Below are positions 50,469 through 61,906 of a DNA stretch of 64,000 nt, piece by piece; position 1 is the first letter of the stretch; each line of letters starts with the position of its first letter. The notes beneath the pieces are model-generated. The model worked only from the letters and a program-made list of their open reading frames with translations, did not search any database and was not told the DNA's origin. The position numbers and the translations under genes were made by a program. This DNA comes from an uncultured SAR86 cluster bacterium (GTDB taxonomy: Bacteria; Pseudomonadota; Gammaproteobacteria; Magnimaribacterales; D2472): NCBI GenBank assembly GCA_902563835.1, contig CACEZB010000006.1:1976-65975 (forward strand), in the 5' to 3' direction.

Positions 50469-50470
50469 AA

Positions 50471-51301
50471 TTAACTTATCTCTAAATCATTCTGATCTTT
50501 AACAAAATCATCCAAATCTTTAATTTGGGTAAGAAATTCTTCTAAAACTGAAAGTGGTAAAGCGCATGGCCCATCACATTTTGCTTGATTAGGATCTGGA
50601 TGAGCCTCAAGAAATAATCCTGCTATAGATTGAGACATTCCAGCTTTGGCAAGGCTTAAAAGATATTCTCTTCTTCCGCCTGTAGCACTTCCGAGACCTC
50701 CAGGCAATTGAAGTGAATGAGTTACATCAAATATAACAGGCTTTAATAATCCTTTTAATATTTGAAAGTTTAAAGTATCAACAACGAGATTGTTGTAACC
50801 AAAAGAATTTCCTCTCTCACATAAAGTTATGTTTTCATTTCCAGCAGCACTGCATTTTTCAACAATATTAGACATCTCAGGAGCAGATAAAAATTGAGGT
50901 TTTTTAAACTGTATTATTGATTTAGTTTTAGCAGCTGCATTTACTAAATCAGTTTGTCTTGCCAAAAAAGCTGGAATCTGAATAATTTCACATATCTCGC
51001 TTACTGTTTCTGCTTGTTGAGGTTCATGAATATCAGTTACAACCGGTATATCAAATGTTGTTGATACCTCTTGAAGAATTTTAAGCCCTTCATCCATTCC
51101 TGGACCTCTAAATGAATTAATTGAACTTCTATTTGCTTTATCAAAAGAACCTTTGAATATGTAATTAATACGTTTGCTTTGAGTTATTTCTTTAAATGTT
51201 TCAGCAATCTTCATTGCTAAATCTCTCGATTCAAGAACATTCATACCGCCCATTAGAACCATGGGCTCTGAGTTATCTATTTTAAAATCTCTTAATTTCA
51301 T
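50471..51301 (-). CDS. kdsA: 3-deoxy-8-phosphooctulonate (KDO8P) synthase
   Basis: 276 aa. [31 protein letters not shown] and FDVTHSLQ motifs. Confidence 0.96.
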   Translation of the reverse strand: MKLRDFKIDNSEPMVLMGGMNVLESRDLAMKIAETFKEITQSKRINYIFKGSFDKANRSSINSFRGPGMDEGLKILQEVSTTFDIPVVTDIHEPQQAETVSEICEIIQIPAFLARQTDLVNAAAKTKSIIQFKKPQFLSAPEMSNIVEKCSAAGNENITLCERGNSFGYNNLVVDTLNFQILKGLLKPVIFDVTHSLQLPGGLGSATGGRREYLLSLAKAGMSQSIAGLFLEAHPDPNQAKCDGPCALPLSVLEEFLTQIKDLDDFVKDQNDLEIS

Positions 51302-51306
51302 ATTAT

Positions 51307-52935
<1,629 letters not shown>

Positions 52936-52970
52936 TTAAATTAATCATGATGGGATATTAGAATAACAGA

Positions 52971-54032
52971 TTAATTTGCTCTTTTATATACTTTTTTGAC
53001 CCTTGACTTAATTCCAGTCATTAAATAATAAGAAATCAGATCATTTGATTTGGCTATATTTGATATCGGTAAATCTTTTGAAAAAAACTCACACCAATCA
53101 CCTAAAACACAGTCATCAATATTTGTTACATCTATTGTAGTTAAATCCATGCTAACTCTTCCAAAAACTTTTGCCTTTTGTTCGTTAATCATTACATCTG
53201 TTCCATCTTTTATATTTAGAGGCAATCCATCTGCATAACCAAGATACACCGTAGCGATTAGCATGTCATTTTTAGCTATAGCTCTTCCATCGTAACCAAC
53301 TTTATCATTTTTTTTTATCTTTCTTATATTTACAATTGGCGATCTAAGAGTCATCGCAGTTTCAATTTTACTATCTTTAAAATATCCACCGTACATGCCA
53401 ATTCCACATCTTACCCAATCATATGATTGGTCTGGAAAATTCATAATACAACCAGTATTTGCAATACTTTTATCTACATCTTCATGCATCTTTCTAGATA
53501 AATCTGCAAATAGCTTAAATTGATTCTGGTTTGAAATAGCATTTTTTTCATTTGACGCAGCTAAATGAGTCATAAGAGTAAATTTTTTATTAGAAAGAAA
53601 CTCATTATAAATTTTCATAAAATCATTTATTTCAAATCCAAGTCTATTCATGCCTGTATTGATTTTGAGCCATAAATTATTAAAAATATTATTTTCTTTA
53701 ACTATTTGAAATTGGTCTTGGTTATGAACAACAATATCAAGATTGAGATCCATTGCCTCAAGAAATTCATCATTAGAGTAAATTCCCTGCATTAATAAAA
53801 TTTTTTTATCAGATAAACTTCTTATTTTTCTAGCCTCATCTATCCTTACAACACCATATCCATCTGCAAGATCTTTAGTATCCCCTACAACCTCTTCAAT
53901 GTTATGGCCATAGGCATCAGACTTTATTATTGCCATAAATTTAGATTTATTCTTAAGCTTATCCTTTATATATGAAATATTCTTTCTAAGAATATTTCCA
54001 TCAATAATTAACTCTGAGTTGATGGCTGTCAT
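52971..54032 (-). CDS. alr: Alanine racemase
   Basis: 353 aa. PLP-lysine motif MAIIKSDAYGHN and the C-terminal VSMDLT block. alr follows dnaB, as in Pseudomonas and E. coli. Confidence 0.92.
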   Translation of the reverse strand: MTAINSELIIDGNILRKNISYIKDKLKNKSKFMAIIKSDAYGHNIEEVVGDTKDLADGYGVVRIDEARKIRSLSDKKILLMQGIYSNDEFLEAMDLNLDIVVHNQDQFQIVKENNIFNNLWLKINTGMNRLGFEINDFMKIYNEFLSNKKFTLMTHLAASNEKNAISNQNQFKLFADLSRKMHEDVDKSIANTGCIMNFPDQSYDWVRCGIGMYGGYFKDSKIETAMTLRSPIVNIRKIKKNDKVGYDGRAIAKNDMLIATVYLGYADGLPLNIKDGTDVMINEQKAKVFGRVSMDLTTIDVTNIDDCVLGDWCEFFSKDLPISNIAKSNDLISYYLMTGIKSRVKKVYKRAN

Positions 54033-55399
54033 TCAATAGATTCGTAAAAACTATCAGATGAGAAATTCTCAAATCTTGTAAACTCTTTTAAGAAAGTTAA
54101 GTTTATAGTTCCAGTAGGGCCATTTCTTTGTTTTGCTATTTTAATTTCTGCTTTGTTACCCTCATCAGAGTCTTCATTATATTCAGCATCCCTGTAGATA
54201 AATAAAATTACATCAGCATCCTGCTCAATCGCACCAGAATCTCTTAAATCAGCCATTATCGGTCTTTTATTTGGTCTTTGTTCTACGGCCCTATTAAGTT
54301 GCGAAAGCGCTATAACAGGAACACTCAATTCTTTTGCTAATGATTTTAATGATCTAGAGATTTCAGAAATCTGATTTACTCTACTCTCTGTGGACATAGG
54401 AAGTTGCATTAACTGAAGATAATCAACAACAATAAGAGATAAGCCATGATGTTCAATTCTAGCTAACCTCCTTGCTTTAGCTCTTAGCTCCATGGGGGTT
54501 AATAATGAACTATCATCAATCCATAATGGTAAATTTTTAAGTTTATCACTTTGTTCTATTAGTACTTGTAATTCTTTATCATCAAGCATTCCTGATCTAA
54601 CTTTTTGCTGGTCTATTTTACTTATACCAGATAGCATTCTTGTTGTTAATGATTCAGCAGACATCTCAAGACTGAAAATTAGGACGCCTCCTAATGATTC
54701 TTTATCAAAAAGTACGTTTTCAGCTAAATTCATAGCTAAAGACGATTTACCCATGGCTGGTCTGCCAGCAACAACTATTAAATCACCATTATGCATACCT
54801 TGAAGTTTGCTATCCAAATCTTTAAAACCTGTTGTTACGCCTGTTAATCCTCCTGATTTAGTTGATAGTTCATGAAGTCTATCTAAAGCAGAAGGCACAA
54901 GTTTACGCATTGGTTGAATGCTTTGATTGTCTTGATTTGCTTCATCATTTAAAGCAAAAATCATGCTTTCAGCCTTATCTAATATGGAGGTACCTTTTAG
55001 ACCCTGTGGGTTTGAAATTAATTCAGAGATATCAGAATTAGCTTTCATTAATTTTCTAGTTATTGACCTTTGTCTTATTATTTCAGCATAAGCATCAAGA
55101 TTAGCAGCTGAAGGTGTTGAGGTTGCTAATTCAATTAGATAGTCTTTCCCGCCAACTTTGTTAAGTGAATTCTTATTATCAAGCTTTTCAGATACAGTTA
55201 ATGGATCAAGGGGTTTATTTTCCTCAATCAGTTCTGACATGGACTGGAAAATTATTTGATGATCTTTTCCATCAAAATCATTTTCTTTAATAACTTGAAT
55301 TACATTATCAAATCTATGGGTTTCTAACATTAGTCCGCCAAGGACTGCTCTTTCAGCCTCTCTGGCTTGTTCATTTTGATTAATATTTATATCTGACAT
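54029..55399 (-). CDS. dnaB: Replicative DNA helicase DnaB
   Basis: 456 aa. AERAVLGGLM N-terminal motif, Walker A GRPAMGKSSLAMN, VVDYLQLM and QLNRAVEQR. No intein. Confidence 0.97.
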   Translation of the reverse strand: MSDININQNEQAREAERAVLGGLMLETHRFDNVIQVIKENDFDGKDHQIIFQSMSELIEENKPLDPLTVSEKLDNKNSLNKVGGKDYLIELATSTPSAANLDAYAEIIRQRSITRKLMKANSDISELISNPQGLKGTSILDKAESMIFALNDEANQDNQSIQPMRKLVPSALDRLHELSTKSGGLTGVTTGFKDLDSKLQGMHNGDLIVVAGRPAMGKSSLAMNLAENVLFDKESLGGVLIFSLEMSAESLTTRMLSGISKIDQQKVRSGMLDDKELQVLIEQSDKLKNLPLWIDDSSLLTPMELRAKARRLARIEHHGLSLIVVDYLQLMQLPMSTESRVNQISEISRSLKSLAKELSVPVIALSQLNRAVEQRPNKRPIMADLRDSGAIEQDADVILFIYRDAEYNEDSDEGNKAEIKIAKQRNGPTGTINLTFLKEFTRFENFSSDSFYESIE

Positions 55400-55437
55400 T
55401 GGAATATGATTTTTACATCATATTTCAAAATATACAA

Positions 55438-55884
55438 CTACTCTGGCAATACTTTTACTAAAACTTCGATGCTTACTTCAGGGTGAACACTTATCATAAT
55501 ATTATGATCACCTGTTTCTTTGATAGGACCATCAGGAAGTTGAACTTCACTCTTATCAATTTCGATTCGATTATTACTAAAAGCTTCAGAGATTTCTCTA
55601 GTTCCAACAGAACCATATAAAGCACCTTCTTCAGTAACAGGAACTTTAATTTCACATTCTGAGCCCTCTATATCTTTTGCTCTAGCTTGAGCTTTTGTAA
55701 GAATGTCTTTTGATGCTGCTGCTAATTCATCTTTTTTAGCTTCAACTTCCTCAATGTTTTTATCGCTAGCAAATGCTGCCTTTTTTTTTGGTATAAGAAA
55801 ATTCCTAGCATAGCCTGAATTTACTTCAACAATATCCCCTATTTCTCCTAACCTTTGAATTTTATCCAATAATATAATTTTCAT
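55438..55884 (-). CDS. rplI: 50S ribosomal protein L9
   Basis: 148 aa with the MKIILLDKIQRLGEIGDIVEVNSGYARNFLIPKKKA hallmark N-terminus. Confidence 0.97.
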   Translation of the reverse strand: MKIILLDKIQRLGEIGDIVEVNSGYARNFLIPKKKAAFASDKNIEEVEAKKDELAAASKDILTKAQARAKDIEGSECEIKVPVTEEGALYGSVGTREISEAFSNNRIEIDKSEVQLPDGPIKETGDHNIMISVHPEVSIEVLVKVLPE

Positions 55885-55888
55885 AATA

Positions 55889-56083
55889 TTAATTATGCAT
55901 ATCGGTATATGGTATTAAAGCTAAAAATCTTGCTATTTTAATATACCTAGTTAATTTTCTTTGATTGTGAGCTGAAACCCCAGTAACTCTTGCTGGAATA
56001 ATTTTACCTGTTTCAGTAATAAACTGTTTTAAGACATTTACATTCTTATAATCAAACTTTTTTGGTAAATTGTATTTACTCAT
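55889..56083 (-). CDS. rpsR: 30S ribosomal protein S18
   Basis: ...[51 protein letters not shown] aligns with E. coli S18. The preferred start is ATG 56081-56083, with GAGGA 5 nt upstream. It overlaps the rpsF 3' end by 8 nt. Confidence 0.93.
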   Translation of the reverse strand: MSKYNLPKKFDYKNVNVLKQFITETGKIIPARVTGVSAHNQRKLTRYIKIARFLALIPYTDMHN

Positions 56084-56570
56084 GCTTATCCTCATCATCT
56101 TCAGGTTTAGCTTCTTCTGATTCCGCTATCTCTTCTACTTCTTCTTGAGAGTCAACTTCTTCAGATTCAGCATTACTATTTGATTCAGCCACTTCTTGTT
56201 CTTCTTTAACTTTTTTGCTATTAATTTCTTCATCTTCAATTTTTATATTCTTAGAATCAATTAATAATTGAGAGTCCTCTCCTGAGTGCTCTTTAACAGC
56301 AATAAAAAGATGCCTAATAATAGATTCATCATATTTAATCTTATTTTCTATTTCGATTAACTGAATTGGGTCGCCCTCAATATTAAATAATAAATAATGT
56401 CCTTTATTATGATTATTTATTGAATATGCTAACTGCCTTCTCCCCACATCTTCATACTTAACAATATTGAATGAATTACTGTTAAGTAGTTTTTCAAAAT
56501 CTTTTGTGAAGGTTGTAACCTTAGACGATAGGTTTGGATTTAATATAATTACAGCTTCGTATTTCTTCAT
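56076..56570 (-). CDS. rpsF: 30S ribosomal protein S6 with long acidic C-terminal extension
   Basis: 164 aa. [14 protein letters not shown]...[24 protein letters not shown] is canonical S6. The last 55 or so residues are Glu/Asp/Ser-rich. Confidence 0.95.
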   Translation of the reverse strand: MKKYEAVIILNPNLSSKVTTFTKDFEKLLNSNSFNIVKYEDVGRRQLAYSINNHNKGHYLLFNIEGDPIQLIEIENKIKYDESIIRHLFIAVKEHSGEDSQLLIDSKNIKIEDEEINSKKVKEEQEVAESNSNAESEEVDSQEEVEEIAESEEAKPEDDEDKHE

Positions 56571-56648
56571 AATTTTCCTTATGGTTAAAGATTTTTACTA
56601 ATTGTAAAAACCAAGGAAACCGCATTCTAATTGAATTACTTCTTATTA

Positions 56649-57875
56649 TCAATACTCACTTTTTACAATACGTAAAATTTTAGAGAAAATACCCTGATTC
56701 TGTTCAGTAAGCATTTCATGATTCATCTGTTTAAATCCATGTTCAATTAAACCAATTGAAGTTGAATATATTGGATTTTGTAGAATTGATTCCATACCTT
56801 GAAATTTTGAAGGTATTCCCAATCTAACTGATGTCTGAAATACAGATTCCGCCAATTCTACTACCCCTTCCATTTTTGAAGTACCACCTGTAAAGACTAT
56901 TCCAGCAGAAATTTTGTCCTCAAAACCATTTCTTTTAATCTCAGCTTTAATTAAATCGAATAATTCTGAATATCGAGGCTGGATGATATCAGCTAATGCG
57001 CTTCTAGATAGTTCTCTTGGGGGCCTGCCGCCAACTCCAAGAACCTCAACAGTTTCATCGTCCTTTGTGAACTCAGTGACTGCACATCCATGTTTTTGTT
57101 TAATATCCTCTGCTTGAGGGGTTGGAGTTCTTAAGGCTTGTGCTATATCACTTGTTACTTGATCGCCTGCAATTGGTATTACTCCAGTAAAAACTATAGA
57201 GCCCGAATTAAATATTGCTATATCTGTTGTACCTCCACCGATATCAACCAAACAAACACCTAAATCTTTTTCATCTTCAGACAATATAGAATGAGAACTT
57301 GCAAGTTGCTCTAAAACAAAACCATTTACACCAAGGCCGCAATTTTTTATACATTTTTCAATATTTTTAATTGCGCTACTTGCGCATGTAACAAGATGGA
57401 CTTTTGCCTCTAATCTTACACCGGACATCCCCAGTGGATCTAAGCTTACTTCCTGATCATCTATAACAAATGATTGAGGTAAAACATGCAAGACTCTTTG
57501 ATCAGAAGGTATTGATACCGCTTGAGCAGATTCTATAACTCTATCAATATCAAAAGATGAAACTTCATTATCTTTGATTCCAACGGCTCCTTGTGAATTT
57601 AAACTTTTAATATGATTGCCTGCAATGCCAACAAAAACTGATTTTATTTTATCTTCGATCATTGACTGGGCTTGCTCAACTGCTTTGCTGATAGCATCTG
57701 TAGTAGCGTCTATATTTACTACAACTCCCTTTTTTAATCCACTAGATGGGTATGCTCCTAATGCAACTATTTCTAACTTTCTTTCCTCATTATATTTACC
57801 AACAATACAGACAACCTTTGATGTTCCTATATCAAGACCAACAATCATATTAGAATTTTTACCATTATTTGCCAT
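56649..57875 (-). CDS. ftsA: Cell division protein FtsA
   Basis: 408 aa, actin-like ATPase. VGLDIGTSKV, DIGGGTTDIA and GIVFTGGTS motifs, plus a C-terminal amphipathic helix (GIFSKILRIVKSEY). Confidence 0.96.
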   Translation of the reverse strand: MANNGKNSNMIVGLDIGTSKVVCIVGKYNEERKLEIVALGAYPSSGLKKGVVVNIDATTDAISKAVEQAQSMIEDKIKSVFVGIAGNHIKSLNSQGAVGIKDNEVSSFDIDRVIESAQAVSIPSDQRVLHVLPQSFVIDDQEVSLDPLGMSGVRLEAKVHLVTCASSAIKNIEKCIKNCGLGVNGFVLEQLASSHSILSEDEKDLGVCLVDIGGGTTDIAIFNSGSIVFTGVIPIAGDQVTSDIAQALRTPTPQAEDIKQKHGCAVTEFTKDDETVEVLGVGGRPPRELSRSALADIIQPRYSELFDLIKAEIKRNGFEDKISAGIVFTGGTSKMEGVVELAESVFQTSVRLGIPSKFQGMESILQNPIYSTSIGLIEHGFKQMNHEMLTEQNQGIFSKILRIVKSEY

Positions 57876-58515
57876 ATTTTAAAGCAACTCCATCTTTATA
57901 TCTTACATCTATGATACTAGGTATTCTTGAAATCTCGAACAAATAATTAACAGTATCTTTAAAATTATTTAGTCTTTTTTCAGATAAATCTTTACCAAAT
58001 CTAATTAAGGCCTTATTAGATGTAACGTCCCATCCATTAACATAACTATAATCTATGCTTTCAATTTTAAATTGTATTGATGAATTAGATTCAATAACTT
58101 TAATTAATTTAAGGATTTCTTTAACATCATCTATTGGCCCCTGTACCATTATTAAATCTTTTTTTGATCCATCAAAACTAAACTTATTTAATTCTTTGTC
58201 ATAAAAAAACTCTTTATTAAGGATAAAAATAGGCAATCTATTTCTAATACTTATAAATACTTCTTTCTTAAATGGTTTGTATCTAAGCGAATAGTCTTTA
58301 ATCCAATCCTGGCTGCTAATTAAATGTTCTATTTCTCTAGTTGATTTAGAAAACTGAAGTTGATTAACAAATTCTTTTTGAGACTTATATTCAAAACCTG
58401 ATTCAAAATTTACATTTATTTCATAATTTTTTGCTATACATAAAGTTGTAAAGAAAATAAAAGAAGTTAAAAATATATTTCTAAACATTAGAAGAAATAA
58501 TCTTTGTAACAACAT
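57865..58515 (-). CDS. ftsQ: Cell division protein FtsQ
   Basis: 216 aa with an N-terminal TM followed by a POTRA-like region. Called mainly from its position between ddl and ftsA; the sequence is poorly conserved. Confidence 0.7.
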   Translation of the reverse strand: MLLQRLFLLMFRNIFLTSFIFFTTLCIAKNYEINVNFESGFEYKSQKEFVNQLQFSKSTREIEHLISSQDWIKDYSLRYKPFKKEVFISIRNRLPIFILNKEFFYDKELNKFSFDGSKKDLIMVQGPIDDVKEILKLIKVIESNSSIQFKIESIDYSYVNGWDVTSNKALIRFGKDLSEKRLNNFKDTVNYLFEISRIPSIIDVRYKDGVALKYGK

Positions 58516-59401
58516 CTGAATAAGAAAGTCCTACAAAGCTACCTGACTTAGGAACACAGCTATGACTGGTCATCCCTGGAACAGTATTTATTTCAAGTAC
58601 ATATAAATTACCATCATCATCTCCAAGAATATCAACCCTAGCCCATCCACTGCAATTCAATGCTTTATATGCTTTTAGTGAAATCTTATTCATTAAATCT
58701 AGTTCTTTATCAGATAGTTTTGCTTCTGCAAGAATAGTTTCATTAGAAATATATTTTGCATCATAATCATAAAAATCATTCTTTGTTTGAATTTCAATTG
58801 GTGGAAAACACTCATTATTAATAATTGTTAAAGTGTATTCTTTACCTTTAATCTCTTCTTCAAATATAAACTCTCTCGATTTATTAATACAGGACATTCT
58901 TGCGCTAATAAATTCATCATTATTTGAAATTTTATAAATATCAATACTAGAACCATCTTCAGAAGGTTTCATAAATAAGTTTTTCTTGTAACCGAATTCT
59001 TTCTCAAATTCAGTGAAAGGATTAAAGTCTTCATTATCCAAAGAACTAGATATGACTGCTTTTGGTGAACTTACATCATTTTGAAATAAGATATTTTTAC
59101 ATTTAACCTTATTCCAAGTATTTTTACATCCAACCGCATTGGAGCCAGTATACTTAATTCCTAAAGAATCTAAACTCTCTTGAAGGTCTCCTCCCTCCCC
59201 TTCAAAACCATGTAATGCAATGAAAACTAAGTCATAATTTTTTAAAATACTTAAATCATTAAGATCTTGAAAATCCATTATGGATGTTTGAAATCCTAAT
59301 TCAATTAAAGCACTTCCAACACCATTCCCACTTTGCAAAGAAATCTCTCTTTCTGGAGATGAGCCACCACATATAACGGCAATTTTTTTTATATCATCCA
59401 T
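58481..59401 (-). CDS. ddl: D-alanine--D-alanine ligase
   Basis: 306 aa. VICGGSSPEREISLQSG N-terminus, ALHGFEGEGG, and ATP-grasp C-terminus (LEINTVPGMTSHS). Confidence 0.95.
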   Translation of the reverse strand: MDDIKKIAVICGGSSPEREISLQSGNGVGSALIELGFQTSIMDFQDLNDLSILKNYDLVFIALHGFEGEGGDLQESLDSLGIKYTGSNAVGCKNTWNKVKCKNILFQNDVSSPKAVISSSLDNEDFNPFTEFEKEFGYKKNLFMKPSEDGSSIDIYKISNNDEFISARMSCINKSREFIFEEEIKGKEYTLTIINNECFPPIEIQTKNDFYDYDAKYISNETILAEAKLSDKELDLMNKISLKAYKALNCSGWARVDILGDDDGNLYVLEINTVPGMTSHSCVPKSGSFVGLSYSDVVTKIISSNV

Positions 59402-60783
59402 TTATCTTTTATAGATTCGCATACTTTTGAAATACTGCCAGCACCTTGAGTAACTAATATATCAAAAGAATCTTTCTTTTCATTAACTAATTTAATTACA
59501 TCATCATGAGCTTTGATATACGTAACATCTTTATGTCCTAATTGCTTTATAGTCTCTGCAATCGTTCTTGAATGTATACCCTTAATAGGTTTCTCACTTG
59601 CGGAATAAATATCCAATAATATTAAAGAATCTGTTTGGTTTAATACTTTTACAAAATCATCGAACAATTGAGCTGTTCTTGTAAATCTGTGTGGTTGAAA
59701 AATCATACAAACCTTTTTATTTGGATATTCTTCTTTATAAGCTTGTATATTTGAAATTATTTCAAGCGGATGATGGCCATAATCGTCTATAAGAATCTTT
59801 CTTTTAGAATCAATTTCTAAATTATGTTTTTCATACCTTCTTCCAACCCCTGAAAAGTCTGCAATTCCCTTTTTTATTGCGCCAAGCGGCACTCCCTCTT
59901 CTAACGAAATAGCTATAGATGCTGAAGCATTAAATACATTATGTTTACCAGGTATATTTAATCTGAATTTATGGGTTTTATTATTTTTGTTATTCCAAAT
60001 TTCAAAGTTTTGAGTTCCCTTCGACGCTTTAATATTAATAATTTGATAATCGCAATTTTTTGATTCGCCAAAAGTAATTTGTTTTCTAGAAATTCTTTTA
60101 GAGATTTTCTTTATATTTTTATCATCTCCATTAATAACCATATAACCATAAAAAGGAATATTTTCTAAAAACATTACAAATGAATCTAATAAATTTTCAA
60201 AAACATTGTTGTAATGTGCTAAATGATCATCATCTATATTAGTTAACACAGCTACATCTGGCTGAAGGTGGATAAATGACCCGTCACTCTCATCTGCTTC
60301 TGCAACAAGATAATTGCCATCGCCTAAATCAGAATTTTCATCAGTACTTAAAACTTTTCCTCCAACCACATATGTAGGACTTAAATTTGCAACACTTAAT
60401 ATTTTTGCAATCATGCTAGTAGTAGTTGTTTTTCCATGACTTCCAGCAACTGCAATACTTTCATACCCAATCATGATACTACCTAACATTTCTGCTCTTG
60501 GAATGATTGTTATTGATTCTTTTTTGGCTTTAATAATTTCAGGGTTCTTTTTATCAATTGCTGAAGACATAACCAATAAATCAGCTCCTAATATATTTTC
60601 TTTAGAATGACCTATATAAACCTTGGCTCCATCCTTCCTAAGCTTTTTAAGCTCACTTGAATCAGATATATCTGAACCAGATATCTTGTATCCTTTTTGT
60701 AATAATACCCTTGCGATACCTATCATTCCTGCACCACCAATGCCAACAAAATGAATATTTTTTGCTTTTTTAAAGAGTTTCAT
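59389..60783 (-). CDS. murC: UDP-N-acetylmuramate--L-alanine ligase
   Basis: 464 aa. HFVGIGGAGM, GSHGKTTTTSM and DDYGHHP motifs. Confidence 0.96.
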   Translation of the reverse strand: MKLFKKAKNIHFVGIGGAGMIGIARVLLQKGYKISGSDISDSSELKKLRKDGAKVYIGHSKENILGADLLVMSSAIDKKNPEIIKAKKESITIIPRAEMLGSIMIGYESIAVAGSHGKTTTTSMIAKILSVANLSPTYVVGGKVLSTDENSDLGDGNYLVAEADESDGSFIHLQPDVAVLTNIDDDHLAHYNNVFENLLDSFVMFLENIPFYGYMVINGDDKNIKKISKRISRKQITFGESKNCDYQIINIKASKGTQNFEIWNNKNNKTHKFRLNIPGKHNVFNASASIAISLEEGVPLGAIKKGIADFSGVGRRYEKHNLEIDSKRKILIDDYGHHPLEIISNIQAYKEEYPNKKVCMIFQPHRFTRTAQLFDDFVKVLNQTDSLILLDIYSASEKPIKGIHSRTIAETIKQLGHKDVTYIKAHDDVIKLVNEKKDSFDILVTQGAGSISKVCESIKDKWMI

Positions 60784-61903
60784 TTTTATTCAGATAAGTC
60801 TCTAAATGTTTAACTATTTTTTTAGATGATTCTATATGACTAGTGTTTCGTAAATACATCCACTTAAGATATGTTTTATTTTCAATAATGCTTTTTATTT
60901 TTTCTTTTAATTTGTTTATATGATCTTTTTGTTCATGCATAATACCTTTTCCTTCTCTTTCAATACTTTTTGCATTCTCAACTTGATGATTATCCACTGA
61001 AGTTGGTAGAGGAATAATTACAAGACCTCGTCTAAGAGTGGTGACTTCAGACAAGCTTAAGGCACCACCTCTTGATATAACAAAGTCAGACCACAATATT
61101 TGCTCAACAGGATTTTGATAAAATTCAGATACTTCTGCATCGATACCTTCTTTTAAATATATATTCCTTACTTCTTGTAAATTATTTTTACCGCATTGAT
61201 GCTTTATTTTTATATTATTTGAAAAATCCTTAAAAATTTTTGGTACATACTTATTTATGTATTCTGATCCTTGACTACCACCTGTGATATAAATTTTATA
61301 CTGATTTTTTTCATCAATTGACTTTTTGATGTTATCTAACTCCTCTGGACCGCTAGGAAAATAAATCTCTTCGCGTTGATCAATAAATGATTCCCTTACA
61401 GGATTGCCTGTAAAAATTGATTTACCCAAATAACCACGGGGAATGTGACCAGAATCATACATATCAATATATGGAAAAGCATGGAAAGTAATTTTAGATA
61501 TTCTTGATAACAGTTTATTGGCAGATCCAATTACAACATTTTGCTCATGTGTAAAAATTGGTTTTCTTGTTATCCAGCATGCAATCCCAACGGGAACGGT
61601 GATGAAGCCACCAAATCCTATCATTGCATTTATTTTTTCTTTCTTAATAATCTGAATTGCTCTAAAAACATTAATAAAAGCTTGAAATAGAACTTGTAAT
61701 TTTTTGATTAAATTGGAGCCACGAAAACCTTCCATTGATAATTCATACAGCTTTGAATCTAGATCATGATATGCATTTTTTTCAATTTCAGAGCCTGTAC
61801 CAATAAAAATAACCTCATGATTGTTTTTAGTTAGCTCTTTACCAATTACTGATGCAGGAAAAACATGGCCTCCTGTTTTTGCAGCTACGAGTAAGAATTT
61901 CAT
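60770..61903 (-). CDS. murG: UDP-GlcNAc:lipid I N-acetylglucosaminyltransferase
   Basis: 377 aa. AAKTGGHVFPA G-loop, GGFITVP, and the C-terminal ISRGGALSLSE / DNHQVENA motifs. Confidence 0.95.
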   Translation of the reverse strand: MKFLLVAAKTGGHVFPASVIGKELTKNNHEVIFIGTGSEIEKNAYHDLDSKLYELSMEGFRGSNLIKKLQVLFQAFINVFRAIQIIKKEKINAMIGFGGFITVPVGIACWITRKPIFTHEQNVVIGSANKLLSRISKITFHAFPYIDMYDSGHIPRGYLGKSIFTGNPVRESFIDQREEIYFPSGPEELDNIKKSIDEKNQYKIYITGGSQGSEYINKYVPKIFKDFSNNIKIKHQCGKNNLQEVRNIYLKEGIDAEVSEFYQNPVEQILWSDFVISRGGALSLSEVTTLRRGLVIIPLPTSVDNHQVENAKSIEREGKGIMHEQKDHINKLKEKIKSIIENKTYLKWMYLRNTSHIESSKKIVKHLETYLNKNETL

Positions 61904-61906
61904 AAT

